A DNA stretch of 64,000 bases from Vicugna vicugna (GCA_013265495.1 MU058844.1:1-64000); one strand, 5' to 3'; counted from the first letter of the stretch, positions 24,750 through 37,515 are shown. Notes: a model not told the origin generated them from the sequence alone. Program-made: numbers and translations.

Positions 24750-25580
24750 TTATAGCTGGTGGCTGGACTTACACATTAGATGATTCACTATGTGCATGCA
24801 AACAATCTTAGCGGTTTCTAGGGTTGCATGAGTCAACTTGCTTCCATTCACTTGGGTGAATACTGGTTGGCCTTGTTTCCATCACCTGGCTTTTTGGTTT
24901 TTTATTCTGCTCCCAGGTGCTCCTTTCTCCTTCCTGACTCACCTTCATCTCCTTGCCTTTGCTTTTGCAGTCCTATTGATTATGCAAACAAATGCCTACT
25001 CAGGGAGTCCATGCTCCTGCCATGGAGAAAGACAAACCGAAGGAGAGCTGCTGAGCTTGTCACCTGCTTTCTTGGCAGGAACAAGATGTTCATTTTTGCA
25101 AAGGCAGCTGCAGCGAGAGGCCTGCCCCTCAGGCTTGGCAGGAGCAGAGGGGCAACAACGGCTTCATGGGGGTCTAATCCGCAAAAGTCCCTCGGTGGAG
25201 TTTGTCTTGTTCCCATTTGCCACTTGTTTTAGAGTCTGCTTTATTATTACTGCATATGTTGAGAGCTACCGTCTCCACTCTGGCTTAAATACAATCTTAG
25301 ATGTGTAGAGATACCAGAATTTGAAGGAAGGTTGCTAAGTCAATTTTTTTTTTTTTTGGTGTAAACCTGGGTATAAGAGACTGAGAGAAACTTTGGAAAT
25401 TTCTTTTTCAACACAGCATTTCAACCTAGGATTAGAAGGGCTTGCTTTGATTTACGTTTATGTTTATCTCTGCATTACTGCATATTACATACATGGCTCT
25501 GTGTCGATGGCTGATCCTGCACAGAGGCAGTTCTGACAGTTCAAGAATTATTTCCACAAGCTTAGTTCTGAATCATGTGC
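24750..25580 (-). pseudogene. Bornavirus-like nucleoprotein (EBLN), decayed, with internal deletions
   Basis: Collinear matches to BoDV-1 N (recalled): KHKRKSKQALL~KDIRQNAVALL; SKVSLSLLYPGLH~SLVFLCLLIPGLH (25397-25359); SGISTHLRLYLSQSGDGSS~SSIFSHCCSLLIGVVIGSS (25318-25262); AVIIKQTLK~AEQIKKRFK (25253); DPHEAV~NPHEAI (25174); PGSRIKNQKAR~PGASVKETQLAR (24917); NGSKLT~DGAELS (24848). Confidence 0.85.
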
Positions 25581-26929
25581 CTTGTCCCAACGTGCACTCT
25601 GCAACCCGACTTGCTTCCCTTCCTTCTGGCTCCTGGGCTCTGGCTCTTCTACATGTGACCTTGCCTCGCTCCTTGGACTTCACACCTGGCACCAGTTTTC
25701 TAACTACAGCCATATACTGCCTTTATTGATGAGTTTAGGTTTTCCTTCTGGCCATGCTTCCCTCATCCATCAGCTCAGACTTTGGCCCCTTCAACATCTC
25801 CCCTCTAACCTGAGGATGCCTGCAAACAGTATCTGCCACAACTCTGTGAGTAGAACCCAGACATGTAGTGAAAAAAGCAAAAACAGGACAGGGAACTTGT
25901 GGTCTGTTTGAGGAAACAGGATCTGCGTATGTTGAACAGCAAGATTTTGGTGCACACAATGCATGTTCGGAGCTGGAGGACTATCAAAGCCCAACTTTTG
26001 GAAATAATTCTGTAGGCTAGGGGTGATAAATAAGATTTATCTCCCATCCCAATTCCAAACAGTTGGTAGTATCAACCGTGGAAAAAAGACTCTAAAGCTT
26101 CATCTAGGCTGAACAGGAAAGAGTATCTTGATTAGCAAGGTTGGCCTTGAACAAGGCATCATGCATTTGCCATCCCTACTGTGATAAATGACCCACTATT
26201 TAGAAATTTTTAAGTAGAAGAGTTTTAAAAAAATGAAGTCAGTATTTTAAGATTAATTTGGCTCAGAACAGAATGGATTAGAGCAGGACAGTATGTTTTC
26301 AGAGAAACAAGTTAATAGGCTCTTCTAGTCTGGTCAAGAAATGATGAAATGAAAAAGAAAAAAAACCAGTTCCCCAAAGGAGGCAAAAATATGACATAAA
26401 CTGGCGGAGCACAGTTCTCTGGGCAGAAGTGGGGCTGAGCCAAGGTCATTGGGAATTAGCTGAATGTGAGCAGAAGGTCACAGTAGCAGAAGCAATGGCT
26501 CCTGATCCCTCCTGAGGAGGGACTCAAGTCAGAACATCTGTTTCCTCCACCCATGCTTCCAAACTCCAATAAGCATTAGTACTAAGGGCAGCAGAAAACA
26601 ATGTCCAATATCAGTTGCCAAAGGAGAGAATTTGCCTATATCCCTTCTTATTACGCAGTCAGCAGATGGAAGATGGTCAGTTTGTTCCTCTGGATGGGGC
26701 TGACAAAACCAGAGAGTGACAAGAATCTTATCAGATTGCAGTAAGTGTGAAAATAGAAAGGAATGGATAAAAAATATTTTAAGAAGTAAAACAGAACTGA
26801 TTAAAATATAATAAAACGATCAGGATTTTGTGAGTGACCATAAAATATGCAGCAAAAGTAGAACGGACTCTTTAGTGTCAGACCCGAGAAAATGGAGGAG
26901 CATTTAAGAGACAGAAAAGAGGCTGGACT

Positions 26930-27420
26930 GGAGTCTGGGAGAGACTGCTAAATTTTCCTCAATATTCATCTTCTCTTCTCCTATAGAACTAGAGCCGCAG
27001 ATTTTTAGCTGGATATGTGACAGTGAATGTAAAAACATTTCCAAGCTTCCTTTGCAGCTGGAAATCCAAGTCTGTAAGTTCTTGCCAGTGGGATATAAGT
27101 AGAAACGACATATACAAGTTCAGGTTTGTCCTCAAAGAGAACATAGGTGCCTTCTTCCTCCCTTTTGTCCTTTCTGCTGCATGGATGGCATCTGAGGTCA
27201 TGCCATGAGCCATCCAGAACCATATGAGCAAGAGCCACTCTGTAGAGATGCAACTTTGCAGCAAGATTGAGGGATTCTGACACTTGGCACTGGCATTCCA
27301 GCCCAGGACTACTTACACCTGGGTTGTTATTGAGGTGTGGAGGGAGAAGGAGAGTGTCTATTTTGCTAATTCACTATTATTTGGGGTCTTTGTTACAACA
27401 TCTTGCCCCTATATACTAAA
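26930..27420 (+). mobile_element. ERVL/MaLR-type LTR flanked by L2 fragments
   Basis: gactgctaaattttcctcaatattcatc ... ttggggtctttgttacaac. Confidence 0.6.
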
Positions 27421-28193
27421 TTCTACAAGGAATGCTTTCTATAAGGAATGCATTAAAAATTACATTTCACATAATTAGGCATTTTGCAATGAGACGATTA
27501 AATTGCTTCGGGTAATCCTCTTGATGATCAGAAAAACAGAGGTGATGTCAGAAAACTAGAGACAACCAAAGGTAGGAAACAATTTTTTAAAAAGAGGAGA
27601 AGCAGGTGGGTCTCGGCAGTAAGAGCCTGGTGAGCATAGAGGTGATATGGGACAGGAAGAACTATGAGTATCTGGAACAGGGAAAGATGACCAGTGGGAG
27701 CCAACATAAGCGCATCAAGAACAAATATCAATCCCTGTTTTGAGTGTGACGGTGGGTAGGTAAACCAAGGGACTTGTGTCCACATAACATATCAGAATTT
27801 CCACAAGGCATTCACCAAATCTTTCTGAATTTGTTTCTGGAGACTGGAAGGATCCATAGTCTATGACAGTCCAGCTGGATGGATGCATATGTAGCCGAGT
27901 GGATGAGCATAACATGGCATGAAAGCACTGATAAGACCAAGCTGCCCAACAGGCCCAGTCCGTACCTCCATCAGTGGAAGTACAGGCTGCCTGACAGAGA
28001 GAAGAGTGTATTAATCCACCTGCACAACTGGCATGTTATCTTCCACTCACAGTGCCTTGAAAAGAGACACTGACAGAGTATGACCCATCCAGAAGAGGGC
28101 AACAGGCTAAATTGGAAACTAAAGAACCATAAAGAATGGGAAGGGTCCAACTTGAAAAACCGAAGGCTTGCGGGTGGGGCGGGGATTATAATA

Positions 28194-28543
28194 NNNNNNN
28201 NNNNNNNNNNNNNNNNNNNNNNNNNNNNNNNNNNNNNNNNNNNNNNNNNNNNNNNNNNNNNNNNNNNNNNNNNNNNNNNNNNNNNNNNNNNNNNNNNNNN
28301 NNNNNNNNNNNNNNNNNNNNNNNNNNNNNNNNNNNNNNNNNNNNNNNNNNNNNNNNNNNNNNNNNNNNNNNNNNNNNNNNNNNNNNNNNNNNNNNNNNNN
28401 NNNNNNNNNNNNNNNNNNNNNNNNNNNNNNNNNNNNNNNNNNNNNNNNNNNNNNNNNNNNNNNNNNNNNNNNNNNNNNNNNNNNNNNNNNNNNNNNNNNN
28501 NNNNNNNNNNNNNNNNNNNNNNNNNNNNNNNNNNNNNNNNNNN
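28194..28543. other. Assembly gap (350 N)
   Basis: Run of N; ORFs crossing it are artefacts. Confidence 1.
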
Positions 28544-28569
28544 ATAGTTTTTAAAAATCAAATTAAAAA

Positions 28570-29395
28570 ATTCCTTTTGGAAGTCTATAAGTAACAAATG
28601 CTGGAGAGGGTATGAAGTAAAGGGAACCCTCCTGCACTGTTGGTAGAATGTAAATTGGTGCAGCTACTATGGAAAACAGTATGGAGGTTCATTAAAAAAC
28701 TAAAAATAGAGTTACCATATGATTCAGCAATCCCACTCCTGGGCATGTATCTGGAGAAAACTGTAATTTAAAAAGAAACATGCACCCCAATGTCCATAGC
28801 AGTACTATATACAATAGCCAGGACATGGAGGCAACCTAAATGTCCACTGACAGATTACTGGATAAAGATGTGATAGGTATATATATACACACACACAAAC
28901 AAATACACATACACAAACACACACACAATGGAATATATAATGAAATAGTACTCAGCCATAAAAAAGAATGAAATAATATCATTTGCAGCAATATGGATGG
29001 TTCTAAAGATTATCATATTAAGTGAAGTAAGTCAGACAGAGAAAAACAAATACCATATGATATCACTTATATGTGGAATCTAAAAAAATGACATAAGTGA
29101 AATATTTACAAAAACAGACTCAGACATAGAAAACAAACTTGTGGTTACCAAAGGGGAAGCTGGGAGAGTGACAAACTAGAAGTTTGAGATTAACAGATAA
29201 ACACCACTATATACAAAATAGATAAACAACAAGATCCCACAGTATAGCACAGAGAAACTATACTCAGTATCTTGTAACAACCTGTGATGAAGAAGAATGT
29301 GTGTGCATACATATATATATACTTGAATCACTATGCTGTATACCAGAAACTAACACAACAATGTAAATCAACTATACTTAAATTTAAAAAGAGAA
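28570..29395 (+). mobile_element. L1 3' fragment (ORF2 end and 3' UTR)
   Basis: Close paralogue of 13010-13930. Confidence 0.9.
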
Positions 29396-29429
29396 AGCAC
29401 TATTTGCTGTGTAGAAAACAGATGAAGCA

Positions 29430-30700
29430 GCCCCTTTCCTCCTTCCTAACAGAACCCCCTGCTTGTTCAAAAATCTCCCTCTTCTGGGTGGTCATGTGCA
29501 TTAGGGAATTCTTATAGGGTGCTTCTAGAAAGGTTTTCACATGCTTAAGTGAATCACAAGAGATAAGATGGTCTATCTCTGGACCTTGTAGGGACAGGAT
29601 ATGACACCAGAAATAGATAAGGTTATCAACCTACTAGCCATGTGGTAGGATAAAGCTACCACATGGGGGAGTTTGAAGCTAAGAGATGCAGAGGGAAGAG
29701 TGCCAGAGCACTTACATTTGCCAGGCTGGGGCTCTCTTCTGCCAGTGCTACTGCAAAGACGCCTAGAGGGAAGGTTTGCTGCCACCACACAAAAGCTCAC
29801 TATTGTCTGTTGGCTGGGGATGTCCCTCTTGCCTCTCCAGATTCACTCCCCATATTTATCCTCCCTATTGCAGGAATCATACAGCTGACCTCTAAGAAAT
29901 GCATCAACAGGCCTACCTTCCCTGTCGTTTCTGGTTGGGTTGGGCCAATGGCAGTGTCAGCAAGAGATGGGAGGGAGAAAGACAGTGAAGGAAGACTACT
30001 GATTCCTTCTGCTTTCCCAGTTGGGGGGCTTGCAGAGGGCTGTATCCGTGTGCAGTTTCTGGCCCCTATAAGGCAAGCCTCTCTCCACAGCCCTCTCAGT
30101 CTCGGCATTCTAGTAACAGCTCCCTCCTCGTGCTCCATCAGGTCTAAGATGGGGAACTGTGCCTTACTTGCCCTGAGCAACTACACTTTCCTTTGTGGTT
30201 TCTCTATCCCCTGCCCATAATTATGGAAATAATTCCTTTATTAAACTCTACTCCAAGGATCCCAATATGAGTGCAGCATCTCTTTCCTGCTGGAATCCTG
30301 ACTGTGTACATTCTTTGTTGTGTTACTCTGGGGCATTTGAGAAGCCGACGCCAAGGGGGGTAAGACACCAAGAACACGTGTGTATGTGTGAGGAGTATGA
30401 TGAAAATCTGACTCCGAGTGAAGGAGAATGAGAAGGAAGACCAGATGGAAGCATTCTAAACTGCCATGCAATCTAAAGAAAGTTTGGCAAGCCAAAGTTG
30501 GCCATCAGAGCATCAGAGGAGCCCATGTCTCCCAGGAATGGGCTTGCCTTAGTATTCCTGCTGTGGTTAGTCATTGGTGAGGAAGAAGTCCACAGTATCA
30601 GTGTGGCCTCTGTTGAATACGGCAATCATTTCAGCACAACCACAGCTCCATCCCTGTGGGTGTCGGTCTGTGAGGCACATTCTCACTACTGTCATGCTCA
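29430..30700. mobile_element. Cluster of old ERVL/MaLR LTR relics
   Basis: LTR-end motifs (attcctttattaaactc...tctttcctgctggaatcctgactg; gggcttgccttagtattcctgctgtggttagtcattgg). Confidence 0.5.
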
Positions 30701-32519
30701 TCCTGTGAACATTTTTAGCACCTGCCTTAAGGTTTGAGTGTCCCCCCATCTCCTACCACCAAGACTCTGTTTTTACCTTTTTATATTTATTTTCCCCTCA
30801 GAAAGGATGGTGTTATAATTCAAAATGTGCTTCCTCAGTCAAATGGCAATGAAAAGACTGGCTGGCAATCTCCCAAATGGCCTTAAAGGGTGTCATTTAT
30901 TACCTTACAAATTGACAATCATTAGCAGTCAGATAATTAGTCTGGTGAGTTCAAAACTTGATTTTTGTCAGCACACCATGCAGTTCATCTCCCAGGGCAA
31001 GCCTGTACTAATCATATTCAAGGAGCTAATGTAAAAAAATCAGAAGGCCAAGTTACTCACTCTTCATGAGCAACCACTGTTACAAGGCCCAAGCCGATCT
31101 GACGTCTCTGGGATCAACATCACTTCCCTGAAAAGCTAGATAATAATCAGGAGATTTGTTGCTGCATGTGATGTCAGATCAAAGGGAATTAGGTAAGTCA
31201 AAAGTTTACAGCAGCAAAGCAGGCTAGCATGCATCATTCCTCTCACTCAGTGATAGCTGTACAGACAAGAGGTGAATATTCAAAACATCATAGTATATCT
31301 ACCCATCAGGAATGGTATTGCATGCTCAAAGTCCATTGGCTAATTCTCCTTCTCCACTGGACAAAGTCTGAACAACTAACACTGGTCTCTACATCTGTCT
31401 TTTTTCCCCATTTCTATGGTTGCCCATCATAACTACCACTTGCCATTGTACCACCCCACCTTCAACTTCCAGTTAGCCCGAGAGTCTTGGAAGCCATCCT
31501 GTCTTTTTCCATTGATCCTTCCCATCAAATCCAATATATGTTGGTATTAGAGTTTACTACTCAAAAGGTTACTCCCATTTACCGACAAATCAAATACTAT
31601 CAATAAAGTTTCTTTCACTTTTCAGGGCCCTGAGTTAGAAAGAGGAGCCTCAGAGTATATTCTGAGGTACACTTGGTTTTTGTCGCTGGCCAAAGGCATC
31701 CTCCAACTGTTTCTTTTCCCCAGTAACGGAGTCTCAGTGGTTCCTTTTCCCAGGGGTGTGACTGGGAAGAACCATCCGGAAACCCTAACCCTCTATGGTT
31801 CCTCACCTTTTTGAATGGGAAATGTAGTCGACCACAACCAACAATATAATCAAGTAACTTTTCAGGCAAATTTCTGCCTCCAAGGAGCCTGCCCAGCCTC
31901 CCTGGCAAAGAGAAATCCCTTCTCTCGATTTGGAAAATTGCCCCAGCCATGATGTCAGCCTCTCCATAGGCATATACAGATGGTAGAGATATACACTCTT
32001 TGGTTTTTTCCCTCAGGTCAGATTATCCTCCTTGGCCTTAGCCCACGTTGCCCATGTAACATTCTAGACCTACTTCACCAGACTGTGTTAATATTGTGCA
32101 TCTAATTCTCCCACTCCACTTTGTGAGAAGGCAGCAGAGTGAGCCCATGTCATCATGATCTTTGTATGTCTGTTATGAGTCCACATATGCCAGCTGGAGG
32201 CGCATTTCCCAGGCCTACTCCTCTGTTTCTTCACACTAAGAAGAGAAAGCTACAAGACTCACTTGTTTTCCAGCAAATGTGAGGAGAGCAGAGATAAAGT
32301 TCTGAGAGCCAGGAAACACAATGATTAGGCTGGTTTTGTCCTGGACTAACTCAGCAGCCTTGAACAAAACACTTAATCCTCCTGGAATGCAGTTGCTTCC
32401 TTCTTTTAAAATGACAGTGGTGACATTTGGCTCCACTCACCTCCAAGAGCTCTTCAGAGATAAAATATGATAATAACTGTGAAAGTGTTGTAGGAGATAT
32501 TAGAAATATAAAGAGCTCT

Positions 32520-32990
32520 CTGCTTTTAGTCAGAGAGGAGAAGTGTGTTAGGACTCTCATGATTTCCAGGGATAGAAACTCATCTCTAAATAATCTGGTC
32601 AAGCAACAGGACTTTACTGGAGGTGGATTATCATAACCATGGGAAGGTTAGAAGTGCAGCTCAACCTTGGGGACAACTGTATTGGGGACTTGAGGTCTGC
32701 CAGTAGATTTCTGTCTCCATCTCTCTTCTGCCACTCTATACTTCATTCCCTTATAAGGATTCCTTTGAAAAGGTGTTCAACATGGCCACTTTCAGGTGTC
32801 GGGACTCACATCTCACACCTCTGCTTCCAAAATACAGCCAATGGTCTTCTCTTAGTCCCAGCTTGAAAAGTTCTGGGGAACAATTAAGTCGGTCTGCTTT
32901 GGCTCAGACGGCCACCCCTGGACCAACCAACCATGACCAGAGAGACAAATTGCCATGACTGGCCAACTTGAATTCAGGGTCGCAGCCCTG
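32520..32990 (-). mobile_element. MLT1-type LTR
   Basis: tgttaggactctc...gatagaaactcatctcta...acatggccact...ggaccaaccaaccatgaccag. Confidence 0.55.
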
Positions 32991-34274
32991 TACCAGTGGC
33001 TGGAAGTCTACCAAATAGTACTTAGGGGTAGGAGTCAGTGTTAATAATCCAGACATGGCCATCGAGGGCAACTCTGTGATTTAGGTCACTCCTAGAAAAA
33101 AGGGCATCACTGGAAGTGGGGCAGTCAGTCAAACTGCACGGAGTGAAGGGGAGCTGCTGGAAATGTCTCCACGTTTGGTCTTTTTATCTAAACTAGAGTC
33201 GCACTTGCCCACAAATACAGAGATTGAACGCTGTTTCCACTCAACACCACACTGGGCTGTGCCATGCTCGCAGGGCATAAAAACCCTTGCAGCCTTGTCT
33301 TGTTCTGTTAGATCAATGTAGGCTCAACAGCTAAATACTCATGTGAGGGGGACAAAGGGAGAGGACAAGAACCTGCCAGGATTTCTCTAAGGATTCTGGC
33401 TTCATGATGATATAGATGTTGTCATCCTTTCTCCTCCCCTCTCCTAAGTATCTCAAGTCATAGTTCAAACCACCAACTTGTATTAATTCATTTCCATGAC
33501 AACAAATTACTAACTCTCCCTTTTTCCCCTTCCTGCTTCAGTTACATATGATGTAGAAGGGGCAGCGAATGTCAGTGTATTTTCATACCAAGAATAGGGA
33601 CTTGTGTGAACAAGAAAAATGTGCCTCATTAACCACTACCAAACACGAGAGAAAAACAAATATATGCATGAAAAAGTTGACCTTTTTACCCCAGATATAT
33701 AAATTACATTTAATTCTTCCAAAAAATAGTATAGCAAATGCACTTCATTAAAAAAAATACAATTATAGGCCAAGTCCTGTGAAATTACAATGATTTTTCT
33801 TTAGAGTCTCTTTTATAAAGACTTTGTATTTCAGGTACAGAGACTGCATAGGAGAACTTCCCAGAAGACCTCAGTCAACCCAAAGGTATGTGGAAAATTT
33901 CCATTTTAGTCAAAGTCGAAAAATCTGACTTTTTTTTTTTAAATGTGAACTCCTAAAAAATATCAACATAGTCTGAATGAGCACCCTTAGCAGAAAGAGC
34001 CACAAATCCTGGGGGGGGGGGTGTAAAGAGCAGAGGGTGCTTGTTTTGGTTTGTAATATAATCACTCCTTTTGTTTTCCTGGTATGATGGCATGGACCTC
34101 CAAGTGGGCAATTGCTATGGTGGAACTGAAATCTCTTCACTGAGTCCTAGGTTTGTATAAAACACTATCACTGAAAGGGAAAAGGTTATGTGTATTATCA
34201 AGCTCATCCCAAAATGATAAAGAACAACTGAGTTGTGAACTTTGTAATACTTAAAGAGTACTCACTTGCTAACT

Positions 34275-34560
34275 CTGGTGGGTTGAATGGTACCCTCACC
34301 CCCCACAAAATGATATATGTGTCCTAATTCCCAAAATCTATGAATGTGACCTTATTTGGAAAAAGGATTTTGAAGATATGATTAATTTAAGATTAATTAA
34401 TCTTAAAATGAGGAGATTGTCCTGGATTATCCTGCAGGCCCTGAATCCAATGACATGTGTCTTTATAAGAGACATAGAGGAAACATGTAGATGAGAAGGA
34501 GGTAACATGACCATGGAGGCTGAGGTTTGAGTGGCATGGTCACATGACAAGGAATGCTTA
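34275..34560 (+). mobile_element. MLT1B/C/D-type LTR, 5' part
   Basis: ggtgggttgaatggtaccc...tgaatgtgaccttatttggaaaaagg...ctggattatcc. Confidence 0.8.
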
Positions 34561-34599
34561 CCTTCTTTGATGAAAGAAAAAAAAATCCAGTAATCAGAT

Positions 34600-34770
34600 T
34601 GGAAATAAGGGAGCAATTTATTTAGACAACTAATGAATTCTCCTTGCTTGAAAGGAGTCAATCAGAAGAGAGGATTATGGCTGCTGTAGAGTAAATTCTT
34701 GCACTGGGAGGGAAGCTCAACTAACCAAATTTAGGTACCCTCCCAGCTTTAAGATTCTATCCTTCTGTAA
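34600..34770 (+). mobile_element. CR1/L3-type LINE 3' end
   Basis: ggtaccctcccagctttaagattctat resembles the CR1/L3 3' terminus. Confidence 0.5.
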
Positions 34771-34799
34771 TTCAACATGGCCTACAGATGCTTGCTTAG

Positions 34800-35400
34800 T
34801 GTCATCATATCCAACCTCTCCCACTTCTTGGGCAACCAGCCCAAATATGACATCAGCTGAGAAGGTCATTGAGGGAAGGAGAAATAGAACAGGAGGACTG
34901 ATGAGAAATATACCAGAACACCAAGCCAAAATTTGATGACTTACATCAATGTGACAGTCCTGAAATAGCAAGCTTCCAACAAGTAGGAAGTTAAAAAATA
35001 ATCTTCAGATAAGGGGAAGCAATGAAACTGACCAAATAACAGGTTAATATGAAACTTACAGAGGAACTGGAAAAAAATCCCTGAAACAAGCCATAGCGTT
35101 TTGGCAGATGAATGGGAAGGGCAGCCAGGAGACTCAGAATGGTACAGTCAGGGAATGACTAAAGCATGAGCCAGAACCTTGGCGGCAGCTATGGTCAAAT
35201 ATCTCTGAATTGTGCAGAGGTCAAAGAAATGATGATGGCAAAATTTCATGAATGCAGCAATTAAAGCTAAGAACAGATCAACCCAAATCTGGGGATGAGC
35301 GTGAGCAGACTCAACTCCCTCCAGAAAACAGAAAGATGCTGACTGCCAGGATATGTCTATCAAAACCCAAAAAAACTAAACCATGGAAGCTGATCCAACA
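34800..35400 (-). mobile_element. L2/CR1-clade LINE ORF2 C-terminal remnant
   Basis: ORF 35148-35363(-) ends IQRYLTIAAAKVLAHALVIP, followed after a frameshift by SLLAALP; cf. L2 IRPFL..EAAKTLVHALVISRLDYCNSLLAGLP. Confidence 0.7.
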
Positions 35401-36384
35401 GCCTAGCAATCCTCAACAGAGGCCATTGGCTAGAACCAGGGGGGAATCATAACCTAATTCTGGAATTACTGGAAGAGGAAATGTCTACTACGTCATCCAC
35501 AAAAAGACCAAAAGAAGGTAACTATTGTGGAGACTTTAAAAGTGGAACTCCTCAAATGGAAATAGAGTGAGCTTAAAGGGCTGAGGTATGTAACATGCAA
35601 CTTGGCATGTGTTTGCTTTTGCTTGGCTTCCTGGAAGATGCTTTGATCATTCTTCAGGAGCCCCAATTCCCTTCCATATAAGCTGCTGTGTAGTCAGTTT
35701 CCAACTGTGATCATAGTATTGATTACACAGAAAGAGCTGGAATGTTTAGGATTTATATGAACTTGGGAGTTGGCTTAATATTGAAGATGACCCAGGAGGT
35801 TCTAAATAGTGTCCTTGCAGCTGAGACATCTGGAGCCTCAGGATCCATTTGGAGTTATTCCAAGAGGGTAAGAGAACTTAAGATAAGATCACCAGTTGAG
35901 GCCTGCCCAACATGGACAGACGTCTCTAAATTAGGGCAGAAGTCACAGTTTCATCTTTGCTGAGAACAGCTCTACTCATGATGGCCTCTCTGCTTACTTT
36001 GGAATGTAAGTTGTTAAGGAGAAGGGGGCCAGGCTGAGGAGAAAAGTATGAGAGGAGAGGGAGCTTAACCCATAAAAATTGTTCTGAGAGTTTAAACCTT
36101 TAACTTGAGCTTGCAATGTCACACTGTCTACTACAACAGAGTCTCCATGGGCTAAATCATAAATCACATGTCTTGCAAGTCACATGGAATAATATCACCA
36201 TTATGGAATCAATCAAGTTGTCTCTCTCATAGGCCGTGAATCCTATGGGGAGGGTCCTCAGTAATATTAATAAGAGACCCAGAACAAAAGAGATCAAAGA
36301 CCCATGGCATCCTCAAGAAATACAATTTTAAAATGAGAGGAAATTGCCCTACATTTTGGAAAACACTCTCATGAGTTCTGCAGG

Positions 36385-36615
36385 CTATGGAATCATAGTG
36401 GTTTAGGTTGGTATCCTATTTTCACATTCCTTAGTATGTGACCCAAGTAAGGGACCTAACTCTTTGAGTCTTAGTCTTCTACTCTATGAAACAAGGAAAT
36501 ATCATATGTCTTCTAAGGCTACAATGAGGGTTAAATGAGTTAAAAGTAAAGCACTTAACACAGTATACTTTGGAAGCAGTAGAGGCTCATTAAGCAACAG
36601 CTGTTATTGTTATAA
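36385..36615 (+). mobile_element. MIR
   Basis: tgtgacccaagtaag...aactctttgagtcttagtc...gggttaaatgag...aaagcacttaacacagt. Confidence 0.75.
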
Positions 36616-37515
36616 CTATAAAGGTATAACATAAAGGCACCTTCTTCAAGATCAGTGAGGATGTGCAGGGACAATCCTCCATTACCTATCTCCCATGATG
36701 AGGAGACATTTGCTGATTCACCCCACAGGTCCCACTGACTGATGTACCCTCAAGTGAAAGACTGATTTTAAAGAACATTTTCTCCCACTCTCCATTTCCT
36801 TTGGTTGAGGCTTTAATAATGTCTAGATTCCTAGAATCTTGGCAGGTAAGATAAATTAGTAAATAATATTCTGGTTTATAATTGCATGTAGGATAATAAT
36901 TTGCTACCCCACAGGAGATTCTACGATTATGGATCTCTGTATGAGAGCTATTGCCTAAAGCCAGATCCTTGTGATAACAGTTTTGCAGAATGCTTAAGCC
37001 AACAGCTCGACTGGTTTCTGACATTAATTAGTTAATTAGCTAGTTAATTTACTGATTCATTAAACAAATGTTGATGAGCTTTTTCTAAGTGCCATGTACT
37101 GTTCTAGGTACCAGTCATAGCAAGTTCTGTAAAGAAAAATAATGCAGAGGATAGAGAGGGACAGTGTGGAGGTGGACAATGGAGTATGCTATTTTAAGTA
37201 AAATGTCTTTTGAGCTGAGCAGAGACTGACAGCAGGTGAGGGAATAAGGCATAAAAATATCTGGGGAGAAGCTTTCAAAACAGAGGGAAAAGAATGTGCA
37301 GAGGCTCTGAGATGAATGTGCCTGGAATGTGTGAGGCACACCAGAAAGGCCTGAGTGGCTGATGTGGCATGAGCAATGGGAGGATGGGAGGAGATGGATG
37401 AGTGTGGTAGCAGGGAGACATTTTTATTCAAAATGACTTAGAAGTTTGTACATGGTAGTGACAGGAGTTGACACATTTTAAGTGCATCACATAGACTGCG
37501 TATTAAGAATAGATA

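Noticed and set aside
25100..25125. PLAAAAF resembling N PNLASAAF
   Set aside because: Out of order: it is only ~17 codons after PHEA, where the GQP region is expected
25865..26160. Second N-like match (VHQNLAV...VLFLLFSLH; MGDKSYLSPLA)
   Set aside because: The same part of N matches much better at 25460-25359; treated as chance unless alignment shows a duplication
27971..28597. Long ORFs of 152-208 aa
   Set aside because: Artefacts of the N gap
29663..30220. 185-aa plus-strand ORF
   Set aside because: Lies over LTR relics; no recognisable domain
31615..31950. 111-aa minus-strand ORF
   Set aside because: No motif I can assign; likely a chance ORF in old repeat-derived sequence
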